Origin: Obrimoposthia wandeli
Lineage: Eukaryota
NCBI GenBank assembly: GCA_977020255.1
Contig: CDROCS010000506.1
Location: 1,302,001-1,366,000, forward strand
Reading direction: 5' to 3'
DNA: 64,000 bases
Position 1 is the first letter of the stretch. Every line of letters begins with the position of its first letter. Positions 40,859 to 52,629 of the stretch are shown one piece after another. The notes beneath the pieces were generated by a model. It did not search any database. It saw only the letters and a list, made by a program, of their open reading frames with translations, and had not been told where the DNA came from. The position numbers and the translations under genes are program-made.

Positions 40859-41548
40859 TCACGAATGATTCATCACAGCGTATAAGGCTTCAGCAAGTTC
40901 CCAGTCTTCTTGGGTATCAATATCTTGAACTCTTTTACGCGGTAGCAATACCGCTTTAGCCGAGGCTGAAAAAAAAGGTTTACCCAGTTTGAATGCAGAT
41001 ACCCTGCCCCAATAAAATTGCCCAGCATCATGATAAGCGTCTTCTAAGTCTTGCGAACGGGTATTTAAGTGCTCAGGTTGCAGCATTTTCACAGTACCAT
41101 TTTCACGTAGTGAAATAGCCCGTTGAATAGGGAAACCAAAAGAAGTAGCGCTAAAGGCATAATCAATATCATCATCGGATAATACCGCTAACCCAGCAGA
41201 TAAGTCACCCGGTAATACAAAAGGGGCTGTGGCATAGATGCAGCAGAGTACATCAACTGGTAATAGCTGAGCGTCACACCACTCGATGGCATGCTGGATC
41301 ACTTCCATAGTAGTGGCGTGATCATCAGAAATATCAGCGGGACGAACAAAGGGCACTTCCGCGCCATGGGCGCGCGCAACCTCGGCAATATCTTTATCGT
41401 CCGTCGATACGATCACTCTATCAAAACAAGCCGATGCTAGCGCCGCTTCAATTGAATAAGCAATGATAGGTTTGCCATGAAATAATTTAATGTTTTTACC
41501 CGGAATACGCTTACTCCCACCGCGCGCTGGAATAACTGCTATTTTCAT
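40859..41548 (-). CDS. pseF: Pseudaminic acid cytidylyltransferase
   Basis: IPARGGSKRIPGKNIK, RSQDLEDAYHDAGQFYWG, DIDTQEDW. Confidence 0.93.
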   Translation of the reverse strand: MKIAVIPARGGSKRIPGKNIKLFHGKPIIAYSIEAALASACFDRVIVSTDDKDIAEVARAHGAEVPFVRPADISDDHATTMEVIQHAIEWCDAQLLPVDVLCCIYATAPFVLPGDLSAGLAVLSDDDIDYAFSATSFGFPIQRAISLRENGTVKMLQPEHLNTRSQDLEDAYHDAGQFYWGRVSAFKLGKPFFSASAKAVLLPRKRVQDIDTQEDWELAEALYAVMNHS

Positions 41549-41558
41549 TTAAATTCCT

Positions 41559-42819
41559 TTAAATCCCAGTCACTAGCACACGGTGTAACGCCGCGACTAC
41601 TTCATCTTGTTGCGCATTCGTCATGCCATGAAAGAGCGGTAATGAAAGCGCTTGCTGGTAATAGTGTTCTGCGACCGGATAATCCCCAACGGTAAATCCC
41701 ATCGCCTGATAATAAGGCTGAGTATGTACTGGTATGTAATGTAGGTTAACACCAATACCGAGTTCTCGTAATTGGCTGAATACTTTTTTTTCTAAATACT
41801 TCTTTTCTAGACCATTCCTTCTGAGGCACTTTTTTTCTGGATAAGTATTCCTGAGATAAGTTTTTCTGAAACAGTGCAGTATTATCTAACTGCAAACCAA
41901 CAACATATAAATGCCACGCTGAGTTACTTTGCGTAAGTTGCACAGGTAGCGTTAATGGTAAGTCGGCGAATAACTGATTATAACGCAGGGCAAGACGTTG
42001 GCGTTCGCCTACAAATTCAGATAATCGCTGCATTTGTGATACGCCTAATGCGGCTTGCAACTCTGTCATGCGATAATTAAAACCCAGCTCAACTTGCTGA
42101 TAATACCAATCCCCCTGATCTTCGATGCCTAGACCTACAACAGGGGTCATTAATGCTTTATCTCGGGTAATGCCATGACTGCGCAACAAAGTCATTTTAT
42201 CCGCTAACGCTTGCTGATTGGTTAATGCAGCGCCCCCCTCCGCAGTGGTGACTATTTTCACTGGATGAAAACTAAACACGGTTATATCACTGTAGTCACC
42301 ACAGCCAATTGGCTTACCTTGATACTCACCACCTATCGCGTGTGCAGCGTCTTCTATGATCTTAAAACCGTATTGCACCGATAAAGCATGAATAGCCGCC
42401 ATATCACAAGACTGACCACACAGATGTACAGGTATAACGACTTTAGGTAACTTATTTTGCACTTTAGCAATGATAAGCTTTTGCTCAAGTGCTTTGGGGC
42501 AAAGGTTATACGTAACAGGGTCTATATCAACAAAGTCAATTTCTGCGCCACAATATAATCCACAATTAGCCGAGGCAACAAAAGTAATCGGCGTTGTCCA
42601 CAACCAATCACCCGCGCCAAGCTCTAACGCCAAGCACGCAAGGTGTAAGGCCGAGGTAGCACTATTACAAGCAACAGCATATTCCGCACCAGTATGATGC
42701 ATTAACGCAGCTTCAAACAAAGGTACTTGCGGACCTTGAGTAAGGTAATCTGATTGTAATACTTTAATAACAGCATCAATATCTTGCTGGTTAATATCCT
42801 GTTTTCCATAAGGGATCAT
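41559..42819 (-). pseudogene. pseC: PLP-dependent aminotransferase PseC, +1 frameshift at a poly-A tract (ORF as sequenced stops at 41746)
   Basis: MIPYGKQDI, SFHPVKIVTTAEGG, LGFNYRM. The other frame continues RKKVFSQLRELGIGVNLHYIPVHTQPYY...LSLPLF...VTGI* to 41559; deleting one base gives a 419-aa protein. Confidence 0.9.
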
Positions 42820-42854
42820 AACAGCATCATTCCTTCATCACGTATTATCACTTG

Positions 42855-43904
<1,050 letters not shown>

Positions 43905-43950
43905 TCATCCTTGGGTGTCAATAATCAGCGTATCATTTAGATATACAATA

Positions 43951-43956
43951 ATTATA
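43951..43956 (-). promoter_or_regulatory. Candidate -10 box of the pse operon
   Basis: TATAAT on the minus strand just downstream of the terminator hairpin and about 95 nt upstream of pseB; no clear -35. Confidence 0.35.
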
Positions 43957-43974
43957 CCGCTTTTAAGCAGATAC

Positions 43975-44037
43975 TAAAATCCCCCTCTATTACGCTTGTT
44001 TTTATATAAACAGCAAAGTAATGAAAGGGGGATTTTA
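43975..44037. terminator. Long hairpin terminator after the GT4 gene
   Basis: TAAAATCCCCCT ... AGGGGGATTTTA perfect 12-bp outer stem with further internal pairing. Confidence 0.7.
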
Positions 44038-44056
44038 TTAAAACAATGTAGGAAAA

Positions 44057-45136
44057 TTATAACTGTTGAAAATATGCTTCAAATTTATCCACTGTATTCT
44101 GCGTAGAAAATTCGTTTGCTAATCTCGTTTTACCTGCAGCACCAAATTCCGTAACAGCTTGTGGATCACGATGGAAGAAACTGACCTTCTCGGCAATTTT
44201 ATCCGCATCTTTTACAGGGACTACAAATCCGCTAATACCATCAAGTACCACTTCTTTACCACCACCAGTCGTTGTTACAATTGTCGGTGTTCCACATGAC
44301 ATAGCTTCCATCACTGTACGTGGTAAACCTTCACCACTAATCGACGGTTGTACTAATACATCACAAGCGGTAATAATTTCAGGCGCATCTTTACGATAAC
44401 CCGTTACATGAATACGATCTTTCATCGGGTGTTTAGCAATAAGGCTATTGTAAGGTTCTTGATCAAGGCCCTTACCGACTAATACTAAATGAAAGTTATC
44501 CAAGTCAGTTAGTTTACTCGCTGCATCTAACATAACCTCGATGCCTTTACTTGGGCGAACATTACACGCGCACACGGCAGTGAAATCAGTATATTTTATT
44601 CCAAACTCAGACAAGTCAGCCGCTTTATGATCATACCAAGCAAGATTATGACCCTTATGGATAGTAACTACTTGGTCTTTCCCTTTCCACGCTTGCTGGA
44701 GGATATCTTGTCTTACAGCTTCCGATACGCATATAACACCATCCACACGCGGGTGCAAAATAGTAAGATAAGCACTCGGATCATAGCGATACAAACCACC
44801 TGTCGTACCACGGTAAGCGACTAACTTAACCGGTAAGCCGATACAGGCAAAGGCCGCATTAGGGATGGTTTTTGAGTTTGTGGCATAAACAACATCATAA
44901 TCATGTGTTTTTAATTCAGCACGTAAAACTTTAATTGTTTCAAAGCATATTTTACGCTTCGGATAACCAAATATAACGTTAATGCCAGCCTCTTGATAAT
45001 AACTCAAGGCATTTGAATCTTCAGGTATCATCACAGTTACATCATGGCCTTTTTTAGCCAGACCAATAAATGTTTCAACTTCAGGACGCACGCTATTATA
45101 TGCATTGGCACAACCGGGAAATGCTAATATTCTCAT
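44057..45136 (-). CDS. Glycosyltransferase family 4 (LPS core-type)
   Basis: GT-B C-terminal motifs SKGIEVML, VQPSISGEGLPRTVMEAMSCGTP; start MRILAFPG. Confidence 0.88.
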   Translation of the reverse strand: MRILAFPGCANAYNSVRPEVETFIGLAKKGHDVTVMIPEDSNALSYYQEAGINVIFGYPKRKICFETIKVLRAELKTHDYDVVYATNSKTIPNAAFACIGLPVKLVAYRGTTGGLYRYDPSAYLTILHPRVDGVICVSEAVRQDILQQAWKGKDQVVTIHKGHNLAWYDHKAADLSEFGIKYTDFTAVCACNVRPSKGIEVMLDAASKLTDLDNFHLVLVGKGLDQEPYNSLIAKHPMKDRIHVTGYRKDAPEIITACDVLVQPSISGEGLPRTVMEAMSCGTPTIVTTTGGGKEVVLDGISGFVVPVKDADKIAEKVSFFHRDPQAVTEFGAAGKTRLANEFSTQNTVDKFEAYFQQL

Positions 45137-45214
45137 TATCAACCTATCAAATTCTGCAGTAGTAGACGCCCAAGTTGAGCTGTTCATATTAATTTTTTCT
45201 TTGCTTTTTATTAC

Positions 45215-45994
45215 TTATTTCTTATTGCTCTTTTTATTTTCACTAATATGTTTAAATTTCAATAATGCATATTTGTTAAAAGTATATTGAAATTGTATTA
45301 CTGCGATCAAAAAACCAATACGGCCGTCTAAAAACCCACGACGTAAAAAATAATGACGAATAAAAGCAAATACAGCAGACAATGAACCTTTTAACATTGA
45401 GCCTTTTTTACCTTTCTTATACCGCTCTTGTGCCCAAGCCTCTGCGTAACCAGTTCGTTTTTGTAAATAAACACTCAAGTCAGAAAAAGTATAATGCAAT
45501 AAATTATGCTGTAAATCGGTAATAGGCGCACCTTTACACTCTAACGATTCATGCACCATGTTCTGGTTATAGCGATAGCGGCTACGGTTATATATGCGCG
45601 GTAACTTATCTGGGTACCAACCACTGTGATAAACAAATTCACCACAAAAATGCGTTAAACGATTTACGCTAAATACTTGCTTATCATTCGCACTGGCTAC
45701 TGCAGCCTGAATTTCAAGTGCCAATGCATCAGGAACAACTTCATCTGAATCAATTGAGAAGATCCAATCATTAGTGGCTAAGGCTTCAGCACGGCGTTTC
45801 TGCTCACCAAAACCAGGCCAATCTTCACGAACAAATAGTTTATCCGTATATTTTTTTACAATGGTAAGCGTTCCATCAGTACTACCAGAGTCAACAACCA
45901 CAATTTCATCCGCCCAAGTAACTGACTGTAAGCATGCTTCTATTTTATTTTCTTCATTCTTACAGATAATGCAAACTGATATTTTATTATTCAT
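45215..45994 (-). CDS. Glycosyltransferase family 2 (WaaE/KdtX-like LPS core)
   Basis: ISVCIICKNEE, VVDSGSTDGT, WPGFGEQK, IDSDE, WYPD, VHE. Confidence 0.88.
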   Translation of the reverse strand: MNNKISVCIICKNEENKIEACLQSVTWADEIVVVDSGSTDGTLTIVKKYTDKLFVREDWPGFGEQKRRAEALATNDWIFSIDSDEVVPDALALEIQAAVASANDKQVFSVNRLTHFCGEFVYHSGWYPDKLPRIYNRSRYRYNQNMVHESLECKGAPITDLQHNLLHYTFSDLSVYLQKRTGYAEAWAQERYKKGKKGSMLKGSLSAVFAFIRHYFLRRGFLDGRIGFLIAVIQFQYTFNKYALLKFKHISENKKSNKK

Positions 45995-46065
45995 GAGTAA
46001 ACCTTATACACAGATAACTGTAAATTTTAAAGGAGATTATAATACTGATATTAAACGTTTTATTA

Positions 46066-46875
46066 TCAGTTGTTACCTGTGATTTTTTCAATACCATTGA
46101 GACAACGTATTCTACCAGCTTGCTGTTTTCTCATTAAATGTGCATTCGCATCAGTATTTTTTCTTGAAGGTTTATGATCTAGATGATATTGCCGACAACG
46201 CCCCAGTTCACCAGCAGGCGTTAATCCATGCTTAGAAAGGCGCCAAATAAGATCTGTATCTTCAGCCCCCCAACCTTCATAATCTTCATCTAATCCATTG
46301 ACTTCACAAAGTGATTGTCGACTCATTGCAAGGTTAGCGCCGAAACGAGTCATATTTGGTTTGAGCTTGGCTACCAAAGGCAACAACCAGATAGGATACC
46401 GGATGGCTTGTTCTGACTTACTGATTTTTTTATTTATTGATTGCCAAAACAGCCATGAAATATTAAATAATGCTGTTATATCTAGAGTCTTACATCGTAA
46501 ACGTTGAGAGATATCCTGCTTAATATAAACTCGTATCCCAACCGTAAATTTACCTGGTGAAGCCATGTTTTTGTGGTCGGCAACAAAGTCAGGTGAAGGA
46601 ATACAGTCCCCATCGGTTAGGATAATGTGCTCAGCCTGACTAGTTTTAATAGCATGATTTACAATACGTGTTTTACGAAAACCGTGATCTTCTTGCCAAA
46701 TATAGCGAATATTCAAGTCAGTGTACAGGTCAACGAGGTCTCTAACCTCGGGGCCTGACCCATCATCAGCAATACAGATCGAAAAATTGGTTTCGGATTG
46801 ATGGCGATATCCATTTAGCACCAACTGTAAATCACATACGTTGTTGTATGCACTCATGATCACTTCAATTTTCAT
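46066..46875 (-). CDS. Glycosyltransferase family 2 with galactosyltransferase-like C-terminus
   Basis: IADDGS, WQEDHGFRK, TDGDCIP, NGLDEDYEGWGAEDTDL, QYHLDH. Confidence 0.85.
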   Translation of the reverse strand: MKIEVIMSAYNNVCDLQLVLNGYRHQSETNFSICIADDGSGPEVRDLVDLYTDLNIRYIWQEDHGFRKTRIVNHAIKTSQAEHIILTDGDCIPSPDFVADHKNMASPGKFTVGIRVYIKQDISQRLRCKTLDITALFNISWLFWQSINKKISKSEQAIRYPIWLLPLVAKLKPNMTRFGANLAMSRQSLCEVNGLDEDYEGWGAEDTDLIWRLSKHGLTPAGELGRCRQYHLDHKPSRKNTDANAHLMRKQQAGRIRCLNGIEKITGNN

Positions 46876-47043
46876 GTATAACTCATATAATTTTACTAAA
46901 TAATAGTCTAATGAACAACTACCGATAATTTTCTCTAACATTGTAGCTAGAACGTGAAGACTATTAGTATATTTTTCCGATCATTAAATTAACAACTTGA
47001 TACTGTGAATACCGGAGGCTTGTAAGCCCTTTTTTAGAACTAA

Positions 47044-48348
47044 CTAATTTTTAATTTCTTTATTTACAATTACTAAGCCACTACCTAGCAGAATAACAGT
47101 CATCAAGGGATAAAATATAGCGCCAGAATTGTGTCTAAACATTGCCTGTGTTAAACAATAACCCATCATCATAATGACACTTAATGCTCCACATTGCGCA
47201 ATGGTTTTTACCTGCTCATTACCATCTCGATATATTCTTCTAAAAATAAACAAGGGAGCAATGAAGATCCCCATTAAGCCAAGAAACCCAAGAATGCCTC
47301 TTACAGCTAAAGTTTCAAAATATTGGCTATGTGCATGCCCGGTCAAATAATTAGAGGGAATATTAATCAGACCTTCAGCTTGCCGTTGAACTCTCAACTC
47401 ATTACGCGTTTCATAGCCGACACCTACAAAGGGTTCTTCAATAAATGTATAACCCGAATCACGCCATAATTCTAAACGAATACCTGATGATGACTCAGAT
47501 TCAGGTTTTACCCCACCTTCATACATATCAATTTCCCGAGAAAGTTGCTCGATACGCGATGGTTTCTGTTGCATTGTCGGTGTTATATTAATAACAGTAA
47601 GCATAGACAATGTTGGTACTATGATAATGATGAATGCAACAAATGTTGTTTTAGTTTTTTGTATATACTTTCTATTTATATATAACAAGAATAGGATAGC
47701 AATCGGGACAAAAACCCAGCTACCACGTGAACCAGAAAGATAGCTGGCGGAAATACCAAAAGCGGCGCCAAAGCTACATATTATGGATGTGATTAGTGCT
47801 GTTTTTTTTAGATAATAAGTGGCTATTGGCAAACATATAATACCAAAACTCATCGCTATATTACCCGATTGGATCGGCATGTAACCTTTAGAAAAAAAAT
47901 CACTACCTGACGAAAACGCACGTCCCTGAGCATAGCTAAAAACTAAAATTAGAGCAGCTATACCAGCAATATAACTTGCAACAACAATACTTGTTGTAAT
48001 CCACGCAAAAGGAGGAGGATAACGAAGTATGGCGATGAAAATAGGTATACATAAAATAAATCGACTAGGACCATCCAATTTCGACAAGCTATCTCCATGT
48101 AATAATGCAGAGAAAACAAATATACCAAAATAAAATAGAAATACCCCTATCAATATCTTTACATCTTTGGTTAATATTTTACGAGGAATTGAATATAAAG
48201 CAGGTAAAGAAAATAGTAATAAAATAGCAGGTATTGCTTTATAGCCTTTCCCGTACGCAAGACATACTATAGGAAATAGACATGCCAATATAGGCACCAA
48301 TTTAGCGCTAACATCGGTATTTAATTTAGTTATTTCGTTCATTTTCAT
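47044..48348 (-). CDS. waaL: O-antigen ligase
   Basis: Multi-TM protein; SGSRGSW, SSGIRLELW, HAHSQYFE Wzy_C-type motifs; next to core glycosyltransferases. Confidence 0.85.
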   Translation of the reverse strand: MKMNEITKLNTDVSAKLVPILACLFPIVCLAYGKGYKAIPAILLLFSLPALYSIPRKILTKDVKILIGVFLFYFGIFVFSALLHGDSLSKLDGPSRFILCIPIFIAILRYPPPFAWITTSIVVASYIAGIAALILVFSYAQGRAFSSGSDFFSKGYMPIQSGNIAMSFGIICLPIATYYLKKTALITSIICSFGAAFGISASYLSGSRGSWVFVPIAILFLLYINRKYIQKTKTTFVAFIIIIVPTLSMLTVINITPTMQQKPSRIEQLSREIDMYEGGVKPESESSSGIRLELWRDSGYTFIEEPFVGVGYETRNELRVQRQAEGLINIPSNYLTGHAHSQYFETLAVRGILGFLGLMGIFIAPLFIFRRIYRDGNEQVKTIAQCGALSVIMMMGYCLTQAMFRHNSGAIFYPLMTVILLGSGLVIVNKEIKN

Positions 48349-48516
48349 TTGGCTCTAGAAACCTATCTCAATATGGATTTATTCAATAAAATTATAGTGC
48401 CCGATCCTAAGATGAACGCCATATTTTCAATTAAAGGTTATGTATTATTTATTATGACCTTAATGATTAGGCGACATATTAACATAACATATTAAGATTA
48501 GGTATATCAGCTAAGA

Positions 48517-49938
48517 TTACCCACTCGGCGTCAATATCTGCGCCCCAGGCACTAATTCCCCTAACTTCTCAGCAAACGCTGCTTTAGCACCTTCATCCCC
48601 ATGCACAATACGTATCTCGCGTGGTTGATGCTTAATGTGTTTAACAAAATTAATCAAATCTTGTTGATCGGCATGGGCTGAATAACCACTGATGGTATGA
48701 ATTCCGGCATTAATACTGACACGTTGTCCGTTCAATTCAACATAACCTCCCCTTGGCCCATATTGCTGAATATCTCGACCAGGTGTTCCCTTGGCCTGAT
48801 AGCTAACAAAAATCACATCCGCTTTGCTATCAGGTAGAAACTCGGTGAGGTAATTAACGATACGTCCACCGCTGCACATGCCACTGGCGGCGATGACGAT
48901 AGCGGGCTTATTACGCTTGGCGAGATAGTTCACTACACTAAGGTGGTCTTGATGGCTATCTATGGTATGTAATTGCTCGAAGTTAAGCGGATGACGGCCT
49001 TGTTTTAGTATGCCTTGTGCTTCTTTGTCCCAAAGGTCTTTAAAGTCGCGGTACTTAGTGGTGAAATTAGCTGCCATGGGCGAATCGACGATAATCTCGA
49101 TGCTTTTCCATAAGCTGCCTTCTGGGGCTGCATGAATAAACTGTTCGATTTCGTAGAGTAACTCTTGAGTGCGCCCAATACTGAACGCCGGGATCAACAC
49201 TACGCCATTATCACTGACCGCGTGTTCAACCACAGCTTGTAATTTTTGACTGCGTTGGTTGCGGTGTTCGTGGCGCTTATCACCATAGGTACTTTCGATA
49301 ATCAGAGTATCAGCGCGATACGGTGCACGCGGCGCGGATAATAACGGACTATAAGATGCGCCTAAGTCACCTGAGAAAACCAGTCTATGGCGATGAATGG
49401 GCTTATCCGTGGCAAGTTCAACTTCGACATAGGCCGAACCAAGGATGTGCCCTGCGGGACAAAAACGGATCTTTTGGCGCTGATAGCAGATCTCACCTGC
49501 GCCTATATCTTCCTGCGGTATTTGCAGCACATCAATAAAGCACCATTTGTGATAAGGCACGGGAATAAGTTGGTTGTTTAATAATGACAGGCAAGCTTGG
49601 ATGAGTTTGTGATCGCGGGTGACGCCAACTTTAAGGGCATCTTCAATAACCAGGGGCAGTAATGCTGCGGTGGCTTGGGTCGCGTATATTGGACCGGTAT
49701 AACCTGCGGCTAATAGATAAGGGATGCGACCAACGTGGTCGATATGGCAGTGGGTGATGATGAGCGCTTTAATGGTGCGGACATTAAAGTCGATAGAGAG
49801 TTGGTCTTTATTGTTATTCGCAGCTTCAAAGCCTTGAAATAGACCGCAATCAATTAATACTGAGTTGTAGTCATTCATATACAATTGATGGCAAGAGCCA
49901 GTCACGCCATTAACGGCGCCGTGATGTAATATACGCAT
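48517..49938 (-). CDS. Metallo-beta-lactamase fold, beta-CASP (CPSF73/RNase-like) hydrolase
   Basis: VTGSCH, LIDCG, THCHIDH, AGHILGS, FSGDLG, ESTYG, PAFSIGRTQE, AASGM, SAHAD, VHG. Confidence 0.9.
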   Translation of the reverse strand: MRILHHGAVNGVTGSCHQLYMNDYNSVLIDCGLFQGFEAANNNKDQLSIDFNVRTIKALIITHCHIDHVGRIPYLLAAGYTGPIYATQATAALLPLVIEDALKVGVTRDHKLIQACLSLLNNQLIPVPYHKWCFIDVLQIPQEDIGAGEICYQRQKIRFCPAGHILGSAYVEVELATDKPIHRHRLVFSGDLGASYSPLLSAPRAPYRADTLIIESTYGDKRHEHRNQRSQKLQAVVEHAVSDNGVVLIPAFSIGRTQELLYEIEQFIHAAPEGSLWKSIEIIVDSPMAANFTTKYRDFKDLWDKEAQGILKQGRHPLNFEQLHTIDSHQDHLSVVNYLAKRNKPAIVIAASGMCSGGRIVNYLTEFLPDSKADVIFVSYQAKGTPGRDIQQYGPRGGYVELNGQRVSINAGIHTISGYSAHADQQDLINFVKHIKHQPREIRIVHGDEGAKAAFAEKLGELVPGAQILTPSG

Positions 49939-50066
49939 TGTTCCGTCCTTGGAAAGCAAGTTAAACGATTAATAGATCTATTTATACTTTATTTATAAAC
50001 AGGGCTATTAGTTTAAAGCTTGAGTCCAAGGAAGGTAATAGGTCAATACGCTTATTTTAGTACGGC

Positions 50067-51074
50067 TTAATAACCATCTGGGTTATTTGCTTGCCAGCGC
50101 CAAGTATCAGCCGTCATGTCGCCAATACTACGCTCAGCTTTCCAACCTAATTCGCGCTCTGCTAAATCAGTTGCAGCATAACACTGGGCTATATCACCGT
50201 CACGGCGTGGGGCGATTTGATAAGCCACCGTTTTACCTGATGCTTGTTCAAAGGCTTTTACCATTTCTAAGACGCTATAACCTTGGCCGGTGCCTAAGTT
50301 ATAGGTTACTAAGCCAGGATTCGTCATTAGCTTGTCTAAGGCTTTTAAATGGCCTAAGGCTAAATCAACCACGTGGATGTAATCACGTACGCCAGTACCG
50401 TCAACCGTTGCGTAGTCATCACCAAATACATTCAGTTGCTTTAACTTACCCACAGCAACTTGTGAGATGTATGGCATTAGGTTATTAGGAATATCATTTG
50501 GATCTTCACCAATCAAGCCGCTTTCGTGTGAGCCGACTGGATTGAAGTAACGTAAACGGGCAATGTTCCAGCTGTTGTCTGATTTATATAAGTCGGCAAG
50601 GATTTCTTCGACCATTAACTTAGAGCGGCCATACGGGTTAGTTGCAGATGTTGGAAAGCTTTCATCAATCGGCACAGACGCCGGATCGCCATACACAGTC
50701 GCCGATGAACTAAACACAAAGTTCTTCACATTGTGCGCAGTCATCGCTTCTAACACGTTTATCGTAGCAGCAATGTTATTACGATAGTACGTTAGCGGGA
50801 TCTGATTAGATTCCCCCACGGCTTTTAAACCAGCAAAGTGGATCACAGCGTCAATAGCATGCTTGCTAAAAATGCGGTTTAGTAATTCACTATCGAGTAC
50901 ATCACCTTGATAAAACGTTACTGATTTACCGGTGATCGATTTAACACGTGTTAATGATTCTTCACTTGAATTACATAAATTATCAATCACAACCACGTCT
51001 TGATTACTATTTAATAATTCCAATACGGTGTGGCTACCGATGTAACCTGCACCACCGGTGACTAAAATGGTCAT
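50067..51074 (-). CDS. galE: UDP-glucose 4-epimerase
   Basis: [42 protein letters not shown]. Confidence 0.97.
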   Translation of the reverse strand: MTILVTGGAGYIGSHTVLELLNSNQDVVVIDNLCNSSEESLTRVKSITGKSVTFYQGDVLDSELLNRIFSKHAIDAVIHFAGLKAVGESNQIPLTYYRNNIAATINVLEAMTAHNVKNFVFSSSATVYGDPASVPIDESFPTSATNPYGRSKLMVEEILADLYKSDNSWNIARLRYFNPVGSHESGLIGEDPNDIPNNLMPYISQVAVGKLKQLNVFGDDYATVDGTGVRDYIHVVDLALGHLKALDKLMTNPGLVTYNLGTGQGYSVLEMVKAFEQASGKTVAYQIAPRRDGDIAQCYAATDLAERELGWKAERSIGDMTADTWRWQANNPDGY

Positions 51075-51084
51075 AATATTATTC

Positions 51085-52149
51085 CTATAGCTTATTTTCT
51101 TTTGATCCTAAACGCCAAACTCGGATCTTTGCAGTAATTACCCATACTTTAGATAACAGTAATTGGTAGATAAAGAAACATATCAAAAACAACACCAACA
51201 TGATGTATTCGGGTATACCAACGATTTCAGCGTAGATACCAAACGCCGCGTAAGCTATGGCAATAGAGCAGATTGCACATAAATTTTGGGTATTGTTTAA
51301 CCCTAAACGCTGGAATATATGGTGTAAGTGTTCTCGGTCTGGTTTGAACGGTGAATCACCGCGGCGGATACGGCGGATCATGATCGCTGCCATATCCATT
51401 AACGGCACTGCAATTAGCCACAAAGCTGTAACAGGGCGCAGTAATGACTCACTTTGTTGTGTTGATAACAATAGAAACCAGATAACCGTAAAGCCTATAA
51501 GCATGCTACCTGCATCGCCCATAAACACCCTACGCTCGCGGCCTAAAAAGCCCAAGTTAAACAGTACATAAGGTAAGATGATGACAATCAATACTAAGCA
51601 TAAATAAGCGAGGTTCGTCTGTCCACCAGAACTAAGCACATAGCCGAGACCACCGAGTGTTACCATCGACAAGCCACCTAACAAGCCATCGATACCATCA
51701 ACCATGTTAAAGGCGTTAATGGCACCGACTACGGCAACTACAGTGACGATATAGCCAACGACACCTAGGTTTATATCACCAAAGCCCAGCATGTTACCTA
51801 AGGTATGTAATTGAATATCAGCAATAACCATCATCGCAATAGACAGTCCAGCTTGTACTACAAAGCGGATTTTAAAGCTCAGATCATATTTATCATCCAA
51901 TGCACCCACTAAAGTAAGGATAAAAATTGAAAACATAAACAAACGGTAGTTCGGTAACAGCTCTGGATTGTTGAATAAAAAATACATAAATGATACACAG
52001 ATTGTAATACCGCCCACCAATGGGATCGCGCCGCTGTGATGTTTACGGGCATTGGGTTTATCGACTAAACCTATGTATTTCGCTATTTTACGCATGGTAA
52101 ATAACGTTACTAAAGAGAAAAAGAAAACAAAACCGAGTTCAATGAGCAT
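51085..52149 (-). CDS. wecA: UDP-GlcNAc:undecaprenyl-phosphate GlcNAc-1-P transferase
   Basis: [46 protein letters not shown]. Confidence 0.95.
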   Translation of the reverse strand: MLIELGFVFFFSLVTLFTMRKIAKYIGLVDKPNARKHHSGAIPLVGGITICVSFMYFLFNNPELLPNYRLFMFSIFILTLVGALDDKYDLSFKIRFVVQAGLSIAMMVIADIQLHTLGNMLGFGDINLGVVGYIVTVVAVVGAINAFNMVDGIDGLLGGLSMVTLGGLGYVLSSGGQTNLAYLCLVLIVIILPYVLFNLGFLGRERRVFMGDAGSMLIGFTVIWFLLLSTQQSESLLRPVTALWLIAVPLMDMAAIMIRRIRRGDSPFKPDREHLHHIFQRLGLNNTQNLCAICSIAIAYAAFGIYAEIVGIPEYIMLVLFLICFFIYQLLLSKVWVITAKIRVWRLGSKENKL

Positions 52150-52629
52150 GCTGATTATAACCTTGATTAATTTTGAGTTTAGCGGATTAACTTAGTGGCA
52201 TATTATACCAGAATATAGTTATACACTGTCATTTAAAGGTTAACAGTATGTGTGTAATAACAAGCTGATTAAGCATAATGAAATGCATTAGCCAAGTGAC
52301 TATATTTTCAGTTTACTTAATTCTAAAATAATATCGAAATCATCTTAAGCTCATAATTACGAGAGATAAGAAATAGTAACACACATAAACGGTATCCTCA
52401 GTCGTATCATTCGTCAATATTGATGATAAATTAAGTGGTATCGATATGACTAAATCCGTTGAGGAAATAAAGAGTTCAGCTCTCAGCTGAGAGTTTATAT
52501 AATACCAAGTGCACTATAAATCACTTCAGCAGGCAGTATCCACCAAAGTAATGTTGAATATAAATTTGTAGATATTAATCATATTTCAACAACGTGTATT
52601 ATAATTAAAGTTTAAACATAGATTAAACT

